Below, one piece after another: positions 29,161 to 38,903 of a stretch of DNA of 64,000 nt. The position numbers were made by a program, and so were the translations under genes. The stretch comes from an uncultured Dehalococcoidaceae bacterium (GTDB lineage: Bacteria; Chloroflexota; Dehalococcoidia; UBA2979). Within the stretch, counting starts at the first letter, position 1. Each line of letters starts with the position of its first letter. Under the pieces are notes generated by a model. The model was not told the DNA's origin and did no database searches. It worked only from the letters and a program-made list of their open reading frames with translations. The DNA lies in assembly GCA_964414675.1 (NCBI GenBank), contig CAYPYF010000003.1:11696-75695 (forward strand). The letters run 5' to 3'.

Positions 29161-29289
29161 CGGGCGGAATTGCTCAAGGGCGTTATCATCCGCACGTCTA
29201 GAAGCGAGGACACACTGACCATCCACACCGACGCCTCGGTGTCTCGCTATGACCTCTCGTTGGCGCGGCTCGGTGACGACCGTGCGAGG

Positions 29290-30798
29290 ATGTTCGGCAT
29301 GGCCGGTCGTCGTGTCGCCGTCATCGACATCGGGTCCAACTCCGGGCGCGTCGTCGTCCTGCAGATCGCGGAGCGCGGGGCGCTCGAGGTGATCGACGAG
29401 TTGCGCGCCCCCCTGCGCCTCGCCCGCACCCTCGACCACGACGGTCGCCTCACGAACCAGGCCTTCGAGACCACCCTCGACGCGATGGGCGATTTCGTTG
29501 CGCTCGCGCGCGGACAGGGCGCCGAGGAGATCCGCGCCGTCGGCACCTTCGCGATGCGCGAGGCGAAGAACGGCGGCGTGCTGGCCGAGCTGATCCGCGA
29601 GCGGTTCGGCGTCACGGTGGAGATCGTGGACGGCTACCGCGAGGCCCGCTTCGGGTTCGTCGGCGCCGCCTACGGGATCGACGTGAATGACGGCCTCAGC
29701 GTGGACATCGGCGGCGGCTCGTTGCAGATCGTCCGCTTCCGCGACCGCGCGCCGGACTACGCATGGACGTTCCCCTTCGGCGCGCTGCGCCTGACGGACG
29801 GCTTCCTTCCCAACGACCCACCGAAGAACGGCGAGGTCCGCGCCCTCCGCAAGCACGTCCGCGAAGCACTGCGCGAGGCGGGCGTCCCCACCCTCGGCGC
29901 GGGCGAGGCGCTAGTCGGGACGGGCGGCACGATCCGCAACCTCGCGAAGATCGACCTGCGTCGCGAGCAGTACCCGCTCACCCGTCTCCACGGGTACGAG
30001 GTGACGCGCGACGGCGTCCGACGGCTCGCGCGCCTCCTCGCCCGTCTCGACTCGCCGCGCCGTGCCGCCGTCCCGGGCTTGAACAGCAGCCGCGCCGACT
30101 CGATCGTCGCGGGCGCGGTGGCCGTGGACGAGGTGATGGAGTTCACAGGCGCGTCTCGCCTCCACGTCTCCGGCCAGGGACTGCGCGAGGGCGTCATCCG
30201 CGGCATGGTCTCCGAGGCGCTACCGGCGCCGGAGGTCGTCCGTGCCGCCTCGATCCGTGCGCTGTGTCGCGCCTTCTCGCGCTGGAACCAGCCGCACGCC
30301 GACCGCCGCGCCCGGCTCGCTGTCTCGCTGTTCGACACGCTCATCCCGGGTGGCGAGCCCATCCTGCGCGAGTCACTCGAGCATGCCGCGCAGGTGATCG
30401 ACGTCGGCGCGACGATCGATGTCTACAACCGGCACGCCCGCGCCGCGGACGTCGTGGTGGACTCGGACCTCCAGGGGTTCTCCCACACCATGCTCGTCGC
30501 GGTCGCGTCGCTCCTCCTGCTCGCCGAGCGCCCCAGTACGAGCCTCAAGGCCTACCGCCCGATCTCGGATGCACTGCCGGCCGAGGACCTCGCGGCCGCC
30601 GCCGCCATCCTCGACCTCGCGGACCAGGTCGAGCGGCGCTCGCCTCCGGACGCCCTCGGCGAGACGCGTGTCGTACTGAACGACGATGTACTGGAGGTCC
30701 ACGCGCCGGTCTCACGCTGGTGGCGGGGCCAGGAATGCGGCGCGCGGTTCCAGTCCGCCTTCGGGCGGGAACTGCGGATCGTCTCGACCCAGGAGTGA
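29290..30798 (+). CDS. ppx: Exopolyphosphatase / guanosine pentaphosphate phosphohydrolase (Ppx/GppA)
   Basis: RVAVIDIGSNSGRVVV N-terminal actin-like ATPase motif. The longest ORF starts at 29170. Confidence 0.8.
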   Translation: MFGMAGRRVAVIDIGSNSGRVVVLQIAERGALEVIDELRAPLRLARTLDHDGRLTNQAFETTLDAMGDFVALARGQGAEEIRAVGTFAMREAKNGGVLAELIRERFGVTVEIVDGYREARFGFVGAAYGIDVNDGLSVDIGGGSLQIVRFRDRAPDYAWTFPFGALRLTDGFLPNDPPKNGEVRALRKHVREALREAGVPTLGAGEALVGTGGTIRNLAKIDLRREQYPLTRLHGYEVTRDGVRRLARLLARLDSPRRAAVPGLNSSRADSIVAGAVAVDEVMEFTGASRLHVSGQGLREGVIRGMVSEALPAPEVVRAASIRALCRAFSRWNQPHADRRARLAVSLFDTLIPGGEPILRESLEHAAQVIDVGATIDVYNRHARAADVVVDSDLQGFSHTMLVAVASLLLLAERPSTSLKAYRPISDALPAEDLAAAAAILDLADQVERRSPPDALGETRVVLNDDVLEVHAPVSRWWRGQECGARFQSAFGRELRIVSTQE

Positions 30799-31130
30799 CC
30801 GCCCCCGTCGGCGTTCGTCCCTCTGCTCTCAATCCCTAATCGACAGTTAACGCACATCCGGCACGATGACTCCGTGGTCATCTACGTAAACCGCATCGTG
30901 CATGACCGGACTACCTCGCGGGTGTCCCGCGACCCCTCTGATGGACGGCGCCGGCTCACCCCGGCGCCGCTCCATTTCTGCGGCATCACCGGCGTCCCCG
31001 CCGACGTGGCGCGACGCACCCACATCCAACGCTGTCCACGCTCGGGCATCCGGGCGTCCAGGCCACGCGACGGGGTGTTCCCGCCGCGTCATCCCTCGCC
31101 ACACACGGCATGTCATGGAGAAGAGAGAGC

Positions 31131-32033
31131 ATGAGTCACAACATCACCCACCCCACCCCCACCGCACACATCGAGGAGTCCCTCCCCGCCGCCGTCACGC
31201 GGCGCTCTGTCGCGACCCTCGGGATCCCGAGCGTCTTCGAGATGCTGGAGGAGACCGCTTACGACCTCGCGGTCCTCGCCGGTGAGCACCTGATCGACGC
31301 GCTCGGCCGCCCGATCTCGGTCCGCTACAAGGACCAGCGTCGAGGCATCATGGCGCCGCACGACGTGGCGTCCGACGTCGACGAGGAGATCGAGTCGCTG
31401 CTCCGCCGCCGGCTCTCCGTCCGCCACCCGGACCACGCGGTCCTCGGTGAGGAGGGCGGCCTCGGCGGCGCGGTTGGGTCGCCGTTCACCTGGACCATCG
31501 ACCCCATCGACGGCACCGCGAACTTCGTGAACGGCCTTCCGTTCTACGCCTCGGCCATCGGTGTGCTGTTCCACGGCGTGCCGGTCGCGGGTGCGGTGTG
31601 GTGCTCTGCTACCCACGCGCTGCGTCCCGGCGTCTACCACGCGCGCGAGGGCGGCTCGTTCCGCTTCGAGGGCCGCGTCGCCTCGGGCGGCCTGCGCGCC
31701 GTCGGCCGCGAGCGCCTGCTCAGCACGACCCCCGCCCCGTACAAGCAGCGTGAGCCCGGCTGGGACCATCGCCACTTCGGCGCCATCGCGCTGGAGTCGG
31801 CGCTGGTCGCCGCCGGCGTCCTCGCCTCCGCCCGTACCGCGAACTCCCGTGTCTGGGACGTCGCCCCGGGCATCGTCCTCGCGCGGTCCGCGGGGCACGA
31901 GGTCTGGACGCAGGGTGCGGAGCGGTGGGAGCCGTTCGAGCGGTTCGAGGACCCCGAGACGTGGGTGCAGCCGCTGCTCTTCGCGGACGCGGATGCCGTG
32001 ACCGCACTTCGCGTCGGCGCCCTCGCGCTCTAG
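31131..32033 (+). CDS. Inositol monophosphatase family protein
   Basis: IMPase motifs (WTIDPIDGTANF). Start assigned to the internal Met. Confidence 0.75.
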   Translation: MSHNITHPTPTAHIEESLPAAVTRRSVATLGIPSVFEMLEETAYDLAVLAGEHLIDALGRPISVRYKDQRRGIMAPHDVASDVDEEIESLLRRRLSVRHPDHAVLGEEGGLGGAVGSPFTWTIDPIDGTANFVNGLPFYASAIGVLFHGVPVAGAVWCSATHALRPGVYHAREGGSFRFEGRVASGGLRAVGRERLLSTTPAPYKQREPGWDHRHFGAIALESALVAAGVLASARTANSRVWDVAPGIVLARSAGHEVWTQGAERWEPFERFEDPETWVQPLLFADADAVTALRVGALAL

Positions 32034-32152
32034 GGCGACGCACCGCGCGTCCACCTCGCGTCCACCTCGGCCTACCGGCCGAGCCCGCCAGCCCCGCGCG
32101 ATCGCGCGGGGCTGCTACGTCCCCGCACCGATCTCCCGTGCGTTGTAGCGCG

Positions 32153-33523
32153 CTAGTCGGCCTCGTCCGGCAGCGGTGGGTAGACGCGGCGCAGGACGAG
32201 GAACCCGACGATCCCCGCGAGCGCCGAGGCGAACAGGATCCCGAGTTTTGCATCGGTCAGCAGTTGCGCGTCGGTGAACGACAGCTCGGTGATGAGCAGG
32301 GAGACGGTGAACCCGATGCCGCCGAGGATCCCCATACCGATCACACCTGCCCAGCCGACGCCCGCAGGCAACCTCGCCCCCAGCCGTACGGTCATCCACA
32401 CCGCGAGGAAGATGCCCAGCGGTTTGCCGATCAGCAGCCCGAAGAACACTCCGAGGGCGACCGGCGCCGTCGCCGCGACCTGGAGCGTGTCGAGGCTCAT
32501 CGAGACGCCCGCGTTCGCGAACGCGAAGATCGGCACGATCACGAAGGCGACCAGCGGCTGCAGTTCGTGCTCGATCCGGTCGAGTGGCGCGATGCTGCGG
32601 TCGGTCAGGAACCGCAGTTGGTGCAGGGCGTGGCTCTTCTGCTCATGCGCAAACTCTTCGTCGTGTGAGCGGGATGCCTCGTCGAACCGTTGGAGCTCAT
32701 CCCGCGCCAGCGCGGTGAACCCGACCTCGGAGTACCAGGCCTTCCACGGTGCGAGGATGCCGAGCAGCACACCCACGATCGTCGGGTGGATGCCGGACGA
32801 CACGGTGGCGGCCCACGCGACCACCCCGAGGGCGACATAGATCGGGAGGTACCAGATCCCGTTCTGCCGGAGTACGAGGGCGAGGACCAGCAGCACCCCG
32901 GTGAGCGCCAGCGGCATGAACGCCAGCTCGCTCGTGTAGAAGACCGCGATCACGATGATCCCGCCGATGTCGTCGACGATCGCGAGCGCCAGCAGCATCA
33001 CGCGCAGGCCGAACGGCACCCGCTTCCCCACCACCGAGAGCACGCCGAGCGCTAACGCGATGTCCGTGGCCAGCGGGATGCCCCAGCCGCTCGCGCCGTC
33101 GCCGCCGCGCAGGACGGCCGTGAAGATCACCGCGGGCGCGATCATCCCGCCCAGCGCGCCCATGATCGGGACCACCACCTGGCGCGCGTCGGAGAGTTCG
33201 CCGATGACGACCTCGCGCTTGATCTCCAGCCCGACGACGAAGAAGAACACCACCATCGCGGCGTCGTTGACCCAGAAGTGGACGGGCTTGTCCAGCGCCC
33301 AGAACCCGAGGTCGATCGCGAAGTGGTGCTCCAGCAACTCGTGGTATGTGTGGCTCCACGGCGAGTTCGCCCAGATGAGGGCGATCACCGCCGCGACGAG
33401 CAGCACGACGCCGCCCGCGATCTCCGTCGCGATGAACTGCTGGACCGGGCGGGTGAAACGCTCGACGCGCTGTCGTCGTTCCGCCGCCCTTGGATCCTGG
33501 GCGTGGACCACGGGTTCCGGCAC
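32153..33523 (-). CDS. nhaA: Na+/H+ antiporter NhaA
   Basis: Full-length NhaA similarity with about 12 TM helices. Confidence 0.85.
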   Translation of the reverse strand: MPEPVVHAQDPRAAERRQRVERFTRPVQQFIATEIAGGVVLLVAAVIALIWANSPWSHTYHELLEHHFAIDLGFWALDKPVHFWVNDAAMVVFFFVVGLEIKREVVIGELSDARQVVVPIMGALGGMIAPAVIFTAVLRGGDGASGWGIPLATDIALALGVLSVVGKRVPFGLRVMLLALAIVDDIGGIIVIAVFYTSELAFMPLALTGVLLVLALVLRQNGIWYLPIYVALGVVAWAATVSSGIHPTIVGVLLGILAPWKAWYSEVGFTALARDELQRFDEASRSHDEEFAHEQKSHALHQLRFLTDRSIAPLDRIEHELQPLVAFVIVPIFAFANAGVSMSLDTLQVAATAPVALGVFFGLLIGKPLGIFLAVWMTVRLGARLPAGVGWAGVIGMGILGGIGFTVSLLITELSFTDAQLLTDAKLGILFASALAGIVGFLVLRRVYPPLPDEAD

Positions 33524-33578
33524 GGTGGCTCCGATTACTAAGACCGGATGCTAGAGGTTTCTGGAACGGGACGCTGGG

Positions 33579-35018
33579 TCAGCCGGTTGGCCGCTGAGAC
33601 GCCTCGGCCGGCGCGTCGTCGTCCTCGGCCATGCGTGGTTGTACCGGACGGCGGGGCTCGTCGTCTCGTGCATCGTCCCCGTAGGCCTCGCCGTGTGCGT
33701 AGTAGTAGCCGGCCTCCCGGTTCGCGATGCGGTTGAGGATCACACCCGCGATCGGCCGGCCGGACTGAGCCAGCTCCTCGATCGTCGCCTTGAGGGCTCC
33801 GCGCCGCGTCTTTCCGGCGCGCGCCACCACCACCAGGCCGTCCACCAGCGTGGAGAGCACCGAGGCATCTGTCACCACAAGGGCAGGCGGCGAGTCCAGC
33901 AGCACGATGTCGAAGCGGCCGCGGAGGCGCTCCAGCACTTCCTGCATGCGCGCCGACCCGAGCAGTTCGGACGGGTTCGGTGGCAGCGGCCCGGCTGTGA
34001 CGACGGACACGTTCGTATAGATCGAGCGCTGGACAGCGCGGTCGATGTCGGGCTCGCGGGCGAGGAGCAGCGTGGTCAGGCCCTCGCCGTTCTCGAGCCC
34101 GTACACGCGGTGCAGCGTGGGGCGGCGCAGGTCCGTGTCGATGACGCAGACGCGGTGGCCCGCCAGCCCGAAGACCACCGCGAGGTTGGCAGCAGTGGTC
34201 GTCTTGCCCTCACCCGGCCCGGGCGAGGTGACCAGCACGAGCTTCCGCTCCCGGCCGAGGTCGAGGGCGTACGTGAGGTTGGTGCGGGCCGCGCGGTAGG
34301 CCTCTGCCACGGTGCTGCGAGGCTTGGTCGCCGATTGAAGCTGCTCGCGCGGAGACCGCATCCCCTCGAACCGCTCGATGCGCCCCAGCGTCGGCAGCCC
34401 GGTGATCTCCTGGGCCTGCTCGGGCCCCTTCACCGTGTCGTCCAGGTACTCGACGAGGAGGACGATGGCGCCGGCGGCGCCGATCGCGAGCATCGCCGCG
34501 AGGACGGCGTTGAGGTGTGTGCGCGGCGAGACCGGGAAGTCGGACGCGATCGCGTCTTCGACGACGGAGACCGTGCCCGGCCGGGCGGTACGCTCCGCCT
34601 CGTTGGAGGAGATGAAGGCCGCGGCGACGGCGTTCGCCATGCGGGCTGCCAGCTCTGCGTCGTCGGCGCGCGCCGACACCTCCAGCAGCTGGGTGCCGGC
34701 CGGGTTCGCCACCGTGATCCGTTCATCGAGCGCGTTGACAGAGAACGGCAGCGCTCCCTCGCCAATCGCCTGATCGAGGACCGGCCGGAGCGTCACCAGG
34801 CGCGAGAACGTGTTCGCCAGGCGCTCCGCCGTCTGGATGTCGTTGAGCTGCACGACGCCCTCGGTCTCGCGCTGCGTGACGAGGAGCGTGGTAGTGGATT
34901 CATAGGTCGGGGTGATCTGGAGGGAAAGCCCGTATCCGAGTGCGCCACCCACCACCGTGGCGGCAATCAGCGCCCACCACCACCTGCGGATCATGCGCCA
35001 GGCAAGTGTCACATCCAT
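33579..35018 (-). CDS. Polysaccharide chain-length determinant / BY-kinase (Wzz domain + tyrosine autokinase)
   Basis: N-terminal Wzz TM domain. Walker A SPGPGEGKTT, followed by ...DTDLRRP... and ...LLDSPP.... Confidence 0.8.
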   Translation of the reverse strand: MDVTLAWRMIRRWWWALIAATVVGGALGYGLSLQITPTYESTTTLLVTQRETEGVVQLNDIQTAERLANTFSRLVTLRPVLDQAIGEGALPFSVNALDERITVANPAGTQLLEVSARADDAELAARMANAVAAAFISSNEAERTARPGTVSVVEDAIASDFPVSPRTHLNAVLAAMLAIGAAGAIVLLVEYLDDTVKGPEQAQEITGLPTLGRIERFEGMRSPREQLQSATKPRSTVAEAYRAARTNLTYALDLGRERKLVLVTSPGPGEGKTTTAANLAVVFGLAGHRVCVIDTDLRRPTLHRVYGLENGEGLTTLLLAREPDIDRAVQRSIYTNVSVVTAGPLPPNPSELLGSARMQEVLERLRGRFDIVLLDSPPALVVTDASVLSTLVDGLVVVARAGKTRRGALKATIEELAQSGRPIAGVILNRIANREAGYYYAHGEAYGDDARDDEPRRPVQPRMAEDDDAPAEASQRPTG

Positions 35019-35089
35019 CTCGCGAAGTCTCGCACCACGTGGGGTTTACGTCACCAGCGGACTATTCTGGCGGAGTTCGGGGAGGCGCT

Positions 35090-35797
35090 ATGACCCTGGT
35101 CCTCGTCGTGGAAGATGACACGACGATTCGCGAGACGATTGCATACAACCTGCAGCGCGATGGACACGAGGTCGTGACCGCCAGCGACGGGGTGACCGGG
35201 CTTGAGGTCGCCCGGGATCGCCAGCCTGACCTGATCGTGCTGGACGTCATGCTGCCACGCATGTCCGGCCTCGATGTCTGTCGGGTCATCCGCACGGAGA
35301 CCCCCGTCCCCATCCTCCTGCTCACCGCTCGCGACTCCGAGGCAGACGTGGTCCAGGGCCTCGAGATGGGTGCCGACGAGTACGTCTCGAAGCCGTTCTC
35401 CATGCGCGAGCTCCGCGCCCGTGTTGCCTCGATGCTTCGGCGCGACCGGCTCTCCCGCGACGCGGGGCCTGCGAGCGCGGAGCGCGACGGCGGGTCGGAG
35501 ATGCTGACCGCGGGCGACCTGGTGCTGTCACCCACCGCGCACGAGCTCACCCGCCGAGGCATCCCGGTGAAGCTCCGGCCACGCGAGTTCGCCCTGCTGG
35601 AGTTCTTGATGCGGAACCCGGGCCAGGTCTTCACGCGGGACGTCATCCTGGAGCAGGTCTGGGGGCTCACCTACCCCGGCGAGACCCGCACGGTGGACGT
35701 CCACGTCCGATGGCTCCGGGAGAAGATCGAGGACGACCCGTCCGATCCCCGCCATATCCAGACCGTGAGGTCGGTGGGGTACAAGTTCCAGGCATGA
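35090..35797 (+). CDS. OmpR/PhoB-family response regulator (RegX3/PhoP-like)
   Basis: Receiver domain (LVVEDD...D...) plus winged-helix. RBS GGAGG sits 5 nt upstream. Confidence 0.8.
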   Translation: MTLVLVVEDDTTIRETIAYNLQRDGHEVVTASDGVTGLEVARDRQPDLIVLDVMLPRMSGLDVCRVIRTETPVPILLLTARDSEADVVQGLEMGADEYVSKPFSMRELRARVASMLRRDRLSRDAGPASAERDGGSEMLTAGDLVLSPTAHELTRRGIPVKLRPREFALLEFLMRNPGQVFTRDVILEQVWGLTYPGETRTVDVHVRWLREKIEDDPSDPRHIQTVRSVGYKFQA

Positions 35798-36987
35798 ACG
35801 CCAATCGCACCGCCGGCTGGTTCGCCGTCGCGGGACTCGTCGCCCTCATCGTCCTGCTCGTGCCGACCGGGGTCGCCGCCGCCTGTGCCGCGGCGGTCGT
35901 CGTCGTCGCCGGGCTCGCGACGGCGGCGCGGCACGCACGCGAGGCGCCGCCGTCGTCTCCGCTGCCCGAGGCCGTGCCCGCGCACGAGCCGGAGCACGAC
36001 CAGATCGCCGCACTGCTCGACCTCTTCTCGGAGGGCGTCCTGTTGCTCGATGCCGAGAACACCGTCATCGCCGCGAACACCGCCGCCGCCACGCTGCTGG
36101 CACGTCCGAGGAACACGATGACCGGCGTCTCGCTCATCCGGGCGGCGCGCGACCACGTCTTCCTGGAGGTCCTCCGTGAGTCAGCAGCGGAACCCCGCCA
36201 GGTCGAGCTGGGCGAGGGGCGCGTGATCTTCGCCACGGCCACGCCCGTGGAGTCCGACGACATCCGCACCGTCCTCACGCTGCAGGACATGACCGCACTC
36301 CGCCGTGCGGAACGCGCCCGCCAGGACCTCATCGCGAACGTCTCGCACGAGCTCCGGACGCCGATCGCGGCGGCCCTCGCCCTCGCCGAGACGCTCGAGT
36401 CGGGCGTCGAGGAGCCGGACCAGCGCGCCCGCTTCTCGCGCCAGCTGACCTCCGAGATCGAGCGGCTCGGGCGCATCGTCGACCGGCTCCTCCGCCTGTC
36501 GCGCCTCGAATCGCGCGCCGAGGAGTTCCACCTCGAACCCGTCGATGTCGCCGACCTGCTGGCGGAGGCCCAGCGCCGCATCGCGCCGGTCGCCGAGCAA
36601 CGGCGCGTCGTCATCGACCACTTCGTCGCCGACGAGATCCCCCCGATGAACGCGGACCGCGAGCGCGTGCTGGAGGTGCTGTCGAACCTGGTCGACAACG
36701 CCATCCGCCACTCCCCCGAGGGCGGGCAGGTGATGCTCCGAGGCGCGGTGCACCGGGACGGCGTGCAGATCGACGTCTGCGACGAAGGCCCCGGGATCGT
36801 CCCCCAGGACCGGCTCCGTATCTTCGAGCGCTTTTACACCGGGGACCGTTCCCGAGGCGACGGGCTCGGCACCGGGCTCGGGCTCGCGATCGCGCGGCAC
36901 ATTGTCACGCGCCACGGCGGTGAGATCTGGGTCGGGGATGCGGGCGAAGGCGCGACGCTCTCGTTCACGCTCCCGCGGGCGGGCTAG
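35794..36987 (+). CDS. Sensor histidine kinase (SenX3/PhoR-like; TM, PAS-like, HisKA, HATPase)
   Basis: H-box VSHELRTP and a G-box. Start overlaps the response-regulator stop (ATGA). Confidence 0.8.
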   Translation: MNANRTAGWFAVAGLVALIVLLVPTGVAAACAAAVVVVAGLATAARHAREAPPSSPLPEAVPAHEPEHDQIAALLDLFSEGVLLLDAENTVIAANTAAATLLARPRNTMTGVSLIRAARDHVFLEVLRESAAEPRQVELGEGRVIFATATPVESDDIRTVLTLQDMTALRRAERARQDLIANVSHELRTPIAAALALAETLESGVEEPDQRARFSRQLTSEIERLGRIVDRLLRLSRLESRAEEFHLEPVDVADLLAEAQRRIAPVAEQRRVVIDHFVADEIPPMNADRERVLEVLSNLVDNAIRHSPEGGQVMLRGAVHRDGVQIDVCDEGPGIVPQDRLRIFERFYTGDRSRGDGLGTGLGLAIARHIVTRHGGEIWVGDAGEGATLSFTLPRAG

Positions 36988-37670
36988 GCAGTCCCGGGCG
37001 AGTCCCCGCGGTCGAACGTGTTTGCCGCGATGCGCTGCCCCGTGAGCATGAAGATCAGGGACTCGCAGACGTTCGTCGCCCGGTCGCCCACGCGCTCCAG
37101 GTTGTGCGCGACCCACAGCACGTAGGTCTGCTCCTCGACGCGGGAGGGGTCCTCGATCATCGCGCGGAAGGCATCGGTGTAGACGCGGTCCTGGAGGCGG
37201 TCCAGGTCGTCGTCCGCCACCAGCACGTGCCGCGCGCGCTCCGGTTCGTCGTCGCGGAGGGCGCGGAGGGCGTCGTCGAGCATGGCGAGCGCCTTGTCGG
37301 CCATCGAGGGGATGAACCCGAGCCGGCGTGGCGGGCTCGCGGTACCCATCAGCTGGTTGATCTCGCAGATCCCGCGCGCGTAGTCGCCGATGCGGGCCAG
37401 GTCCGCCAGCATCTCCAGGAACCCCACCAGCTGTCGGCAGTCCCTCGCGACCGGCTGCTGCTCCGCGACGGCGATGATCGTGCGCTCCTCGATGTCCCAG
37501 CGCACGCTCGCCACGTTCGCGAGGCGGTCCATCAGCCCTCGGGACCGGCGGATGTCCGCCTGGCGCAGGGCCAGCACGCTCTCGTCCACCGCGTCACGGA
37601 CGCGGGCGCCCAGGGCGATGACGTCGTTGCGGAGTTCGTCGAGCTCGGCCTGAAAGGTGTCTCGCGGCAT
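36984..37670 (-). CDS. phoU: Phosphate signalling complex protein PhoU (copy 1)
   Basis: Two PhoU repeats. Start assigned to the internal Met at 37670. Confidence 0.8.
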   Translation of the reverse strand: MPRDTFQAELDELRNDVIALGARVRDAVDESVLALRQADIRRSRGLMDRLANVASVRWDIEERTIIAVAEQQPVARDCRQLVGFLEMLADLARIGDYARGICEINQLMGTASPPRRLGFIPSMADKALAMLDDALRALRDDEPERARHVLVADDDLDRLQDRVYTDAFRAMIEDPSRVEEQTYVLWVAHNLERVGDRATNVCESLIFMLTGQRIAANTFDRGDSPGTA

Positions 37671-37808
37671 GGCGAGGATCGTAGGCGGCGCCTGCCTCCC
37701 GCCATTTAAACGAGCATTAACCCGCCACCCAGACCATCCATCCTGGACAGAGGGAAAGACCGCCGCACGGGATGGTCCCGACCGCGGCACCAGACTGAAG
37801 GAGCCTGA

Positions 37809-38786
37809 ATGGTGTTCAAGCAAGTATTCGGCAAGCGCACGCTGCTGCTGGCCCTCATGGTCGGCATGCTCGGCGTGCTGCTCGTCGCCTGTAGCGAGGA
37901 CAAGGACCCCGGCAACGGCACCGCCGCCGCGACCACGGCGTCCGGTGGCACCGCCACCGCGGCGGGCGCGGAAGCGCTCTCCGGTTCACTCAACATCGAG
38001 GGTTCGTCCACGGTTGCGCCGTACACCCGGCTCGCGATCGAAGCGTTCGAGGCCCTGCACTCCGGCGTGACCGTCACGACGGGCGAACTCGGCTCGGGTG
38101 GTGGCATCACCGCCTTCATCAACAAGGAAGTCCCGATCGCCGCAGCTTCGCGCGAGATCAGCGCCGAAGAGATCACCCAGGCGAAGGCCGCCGGCCTTGA
38201 CCCCTTCGAGACCACGATCTTCCGTGACGCCCTCGCGATCGTCGTGCACCCCTCGAACACGGCCGTCGAGCGCCTGACGTTCGAGCAGGTCGCGATGATC
38301 TTCGCCGGCCAGATCTCCAACTGGTCTGAGGTTGGCGGTGCGGACGCTGAGATCGTCCTCTACACCCGCAACGAAGAGTCCGGGACGTTCGCGTACCTCG
38401 AAGAGGAAGTCATCCAGGAGGCCCTGGGCGACGACGCCGAGTACTCGCCGGACATCAACAAGCAGGCGAGCGCGCCGGCTGGCCTGACCGCCGTGGCTGG
38501 TGACCCGAACGGCATCTTCTACGCCGGCCTCGGTAACCTCGCCGACATCCCCGCGGGCTCCGTCCGCGTGGTGCCGGTGGCCAAGGACGACGCGTCGGAC
38601 GCCTTCGAGCCGTCCGAGGCGACGGTGGCGTCGGGCGACTACCCGATCGCCCGTGGCCTCTACTACTACACCGACGGCGACCCGGCTGCGTCCGCGGACC
38701 CGCTGGTGAAGGCCTACATCGCCTTCGTCCTGAGCCCGGAGGGCCAGGCGCTCGGCGAGGAGATTGGCTTCCTCCCGGTCAACTAA
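37809..38786 (+). CDS. pstS: Phosphate ABC transporter substrate-binding protein
   Basis: Lipoprotein signal (LLVACS) with PstS similarity. Confidence 0.85.
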   Translation: MVFKQVFGKRTLLLALMVGMLGVLLVACSEDKDPGNGTAAATTASGGTATAAGAEALSGSLNIEGSSTVAPYTRLAIEAFEALHSGVTVTTGELGSGGGITAFINKEVPIAAASREISAEEITQAKAAGLDPFETTIFRDALAIVVHPSNTAVERLTFEQVAMIFAGQISNWSEVGGADAEIVLYTRNEESGTFAYLEEEVIQEALGDDAEYSPDINKQASAPAGLTAVAGDPNGIFYAGLGNLADIPAGSVRVVPVAKDDASDAFEPSEATVASGDYPIARGLYYYTDGDPAASADPLVKAYIAFVLSPEGQALGEEIGFLPVN

Positions 38787-38845
38787 CGGGACGAGATGAG
38801 CAAGAGGAGAGGGGTGGGCCCCCGTGCCCGCCCCTCTCCCTGTCC

Positions 38846-38886
38846 CGAGGCCGGCTGTCGGATGTCCTGGTGGACAGCCGGCCTCG
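38846..38886. promoter_or_regulatory. Perfect 14-bp stem hairpin in the pstS-pstC intergenic region (attenuator/terminator-like)
   Basis: CGAGGCCGGCTGTC-13 nt-GACAGCCGGCCTCG read from the sequence. Confidence 0.55.
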
Positions 38887-38903
38887 AGACAGCGACGAAC
38901 GCG

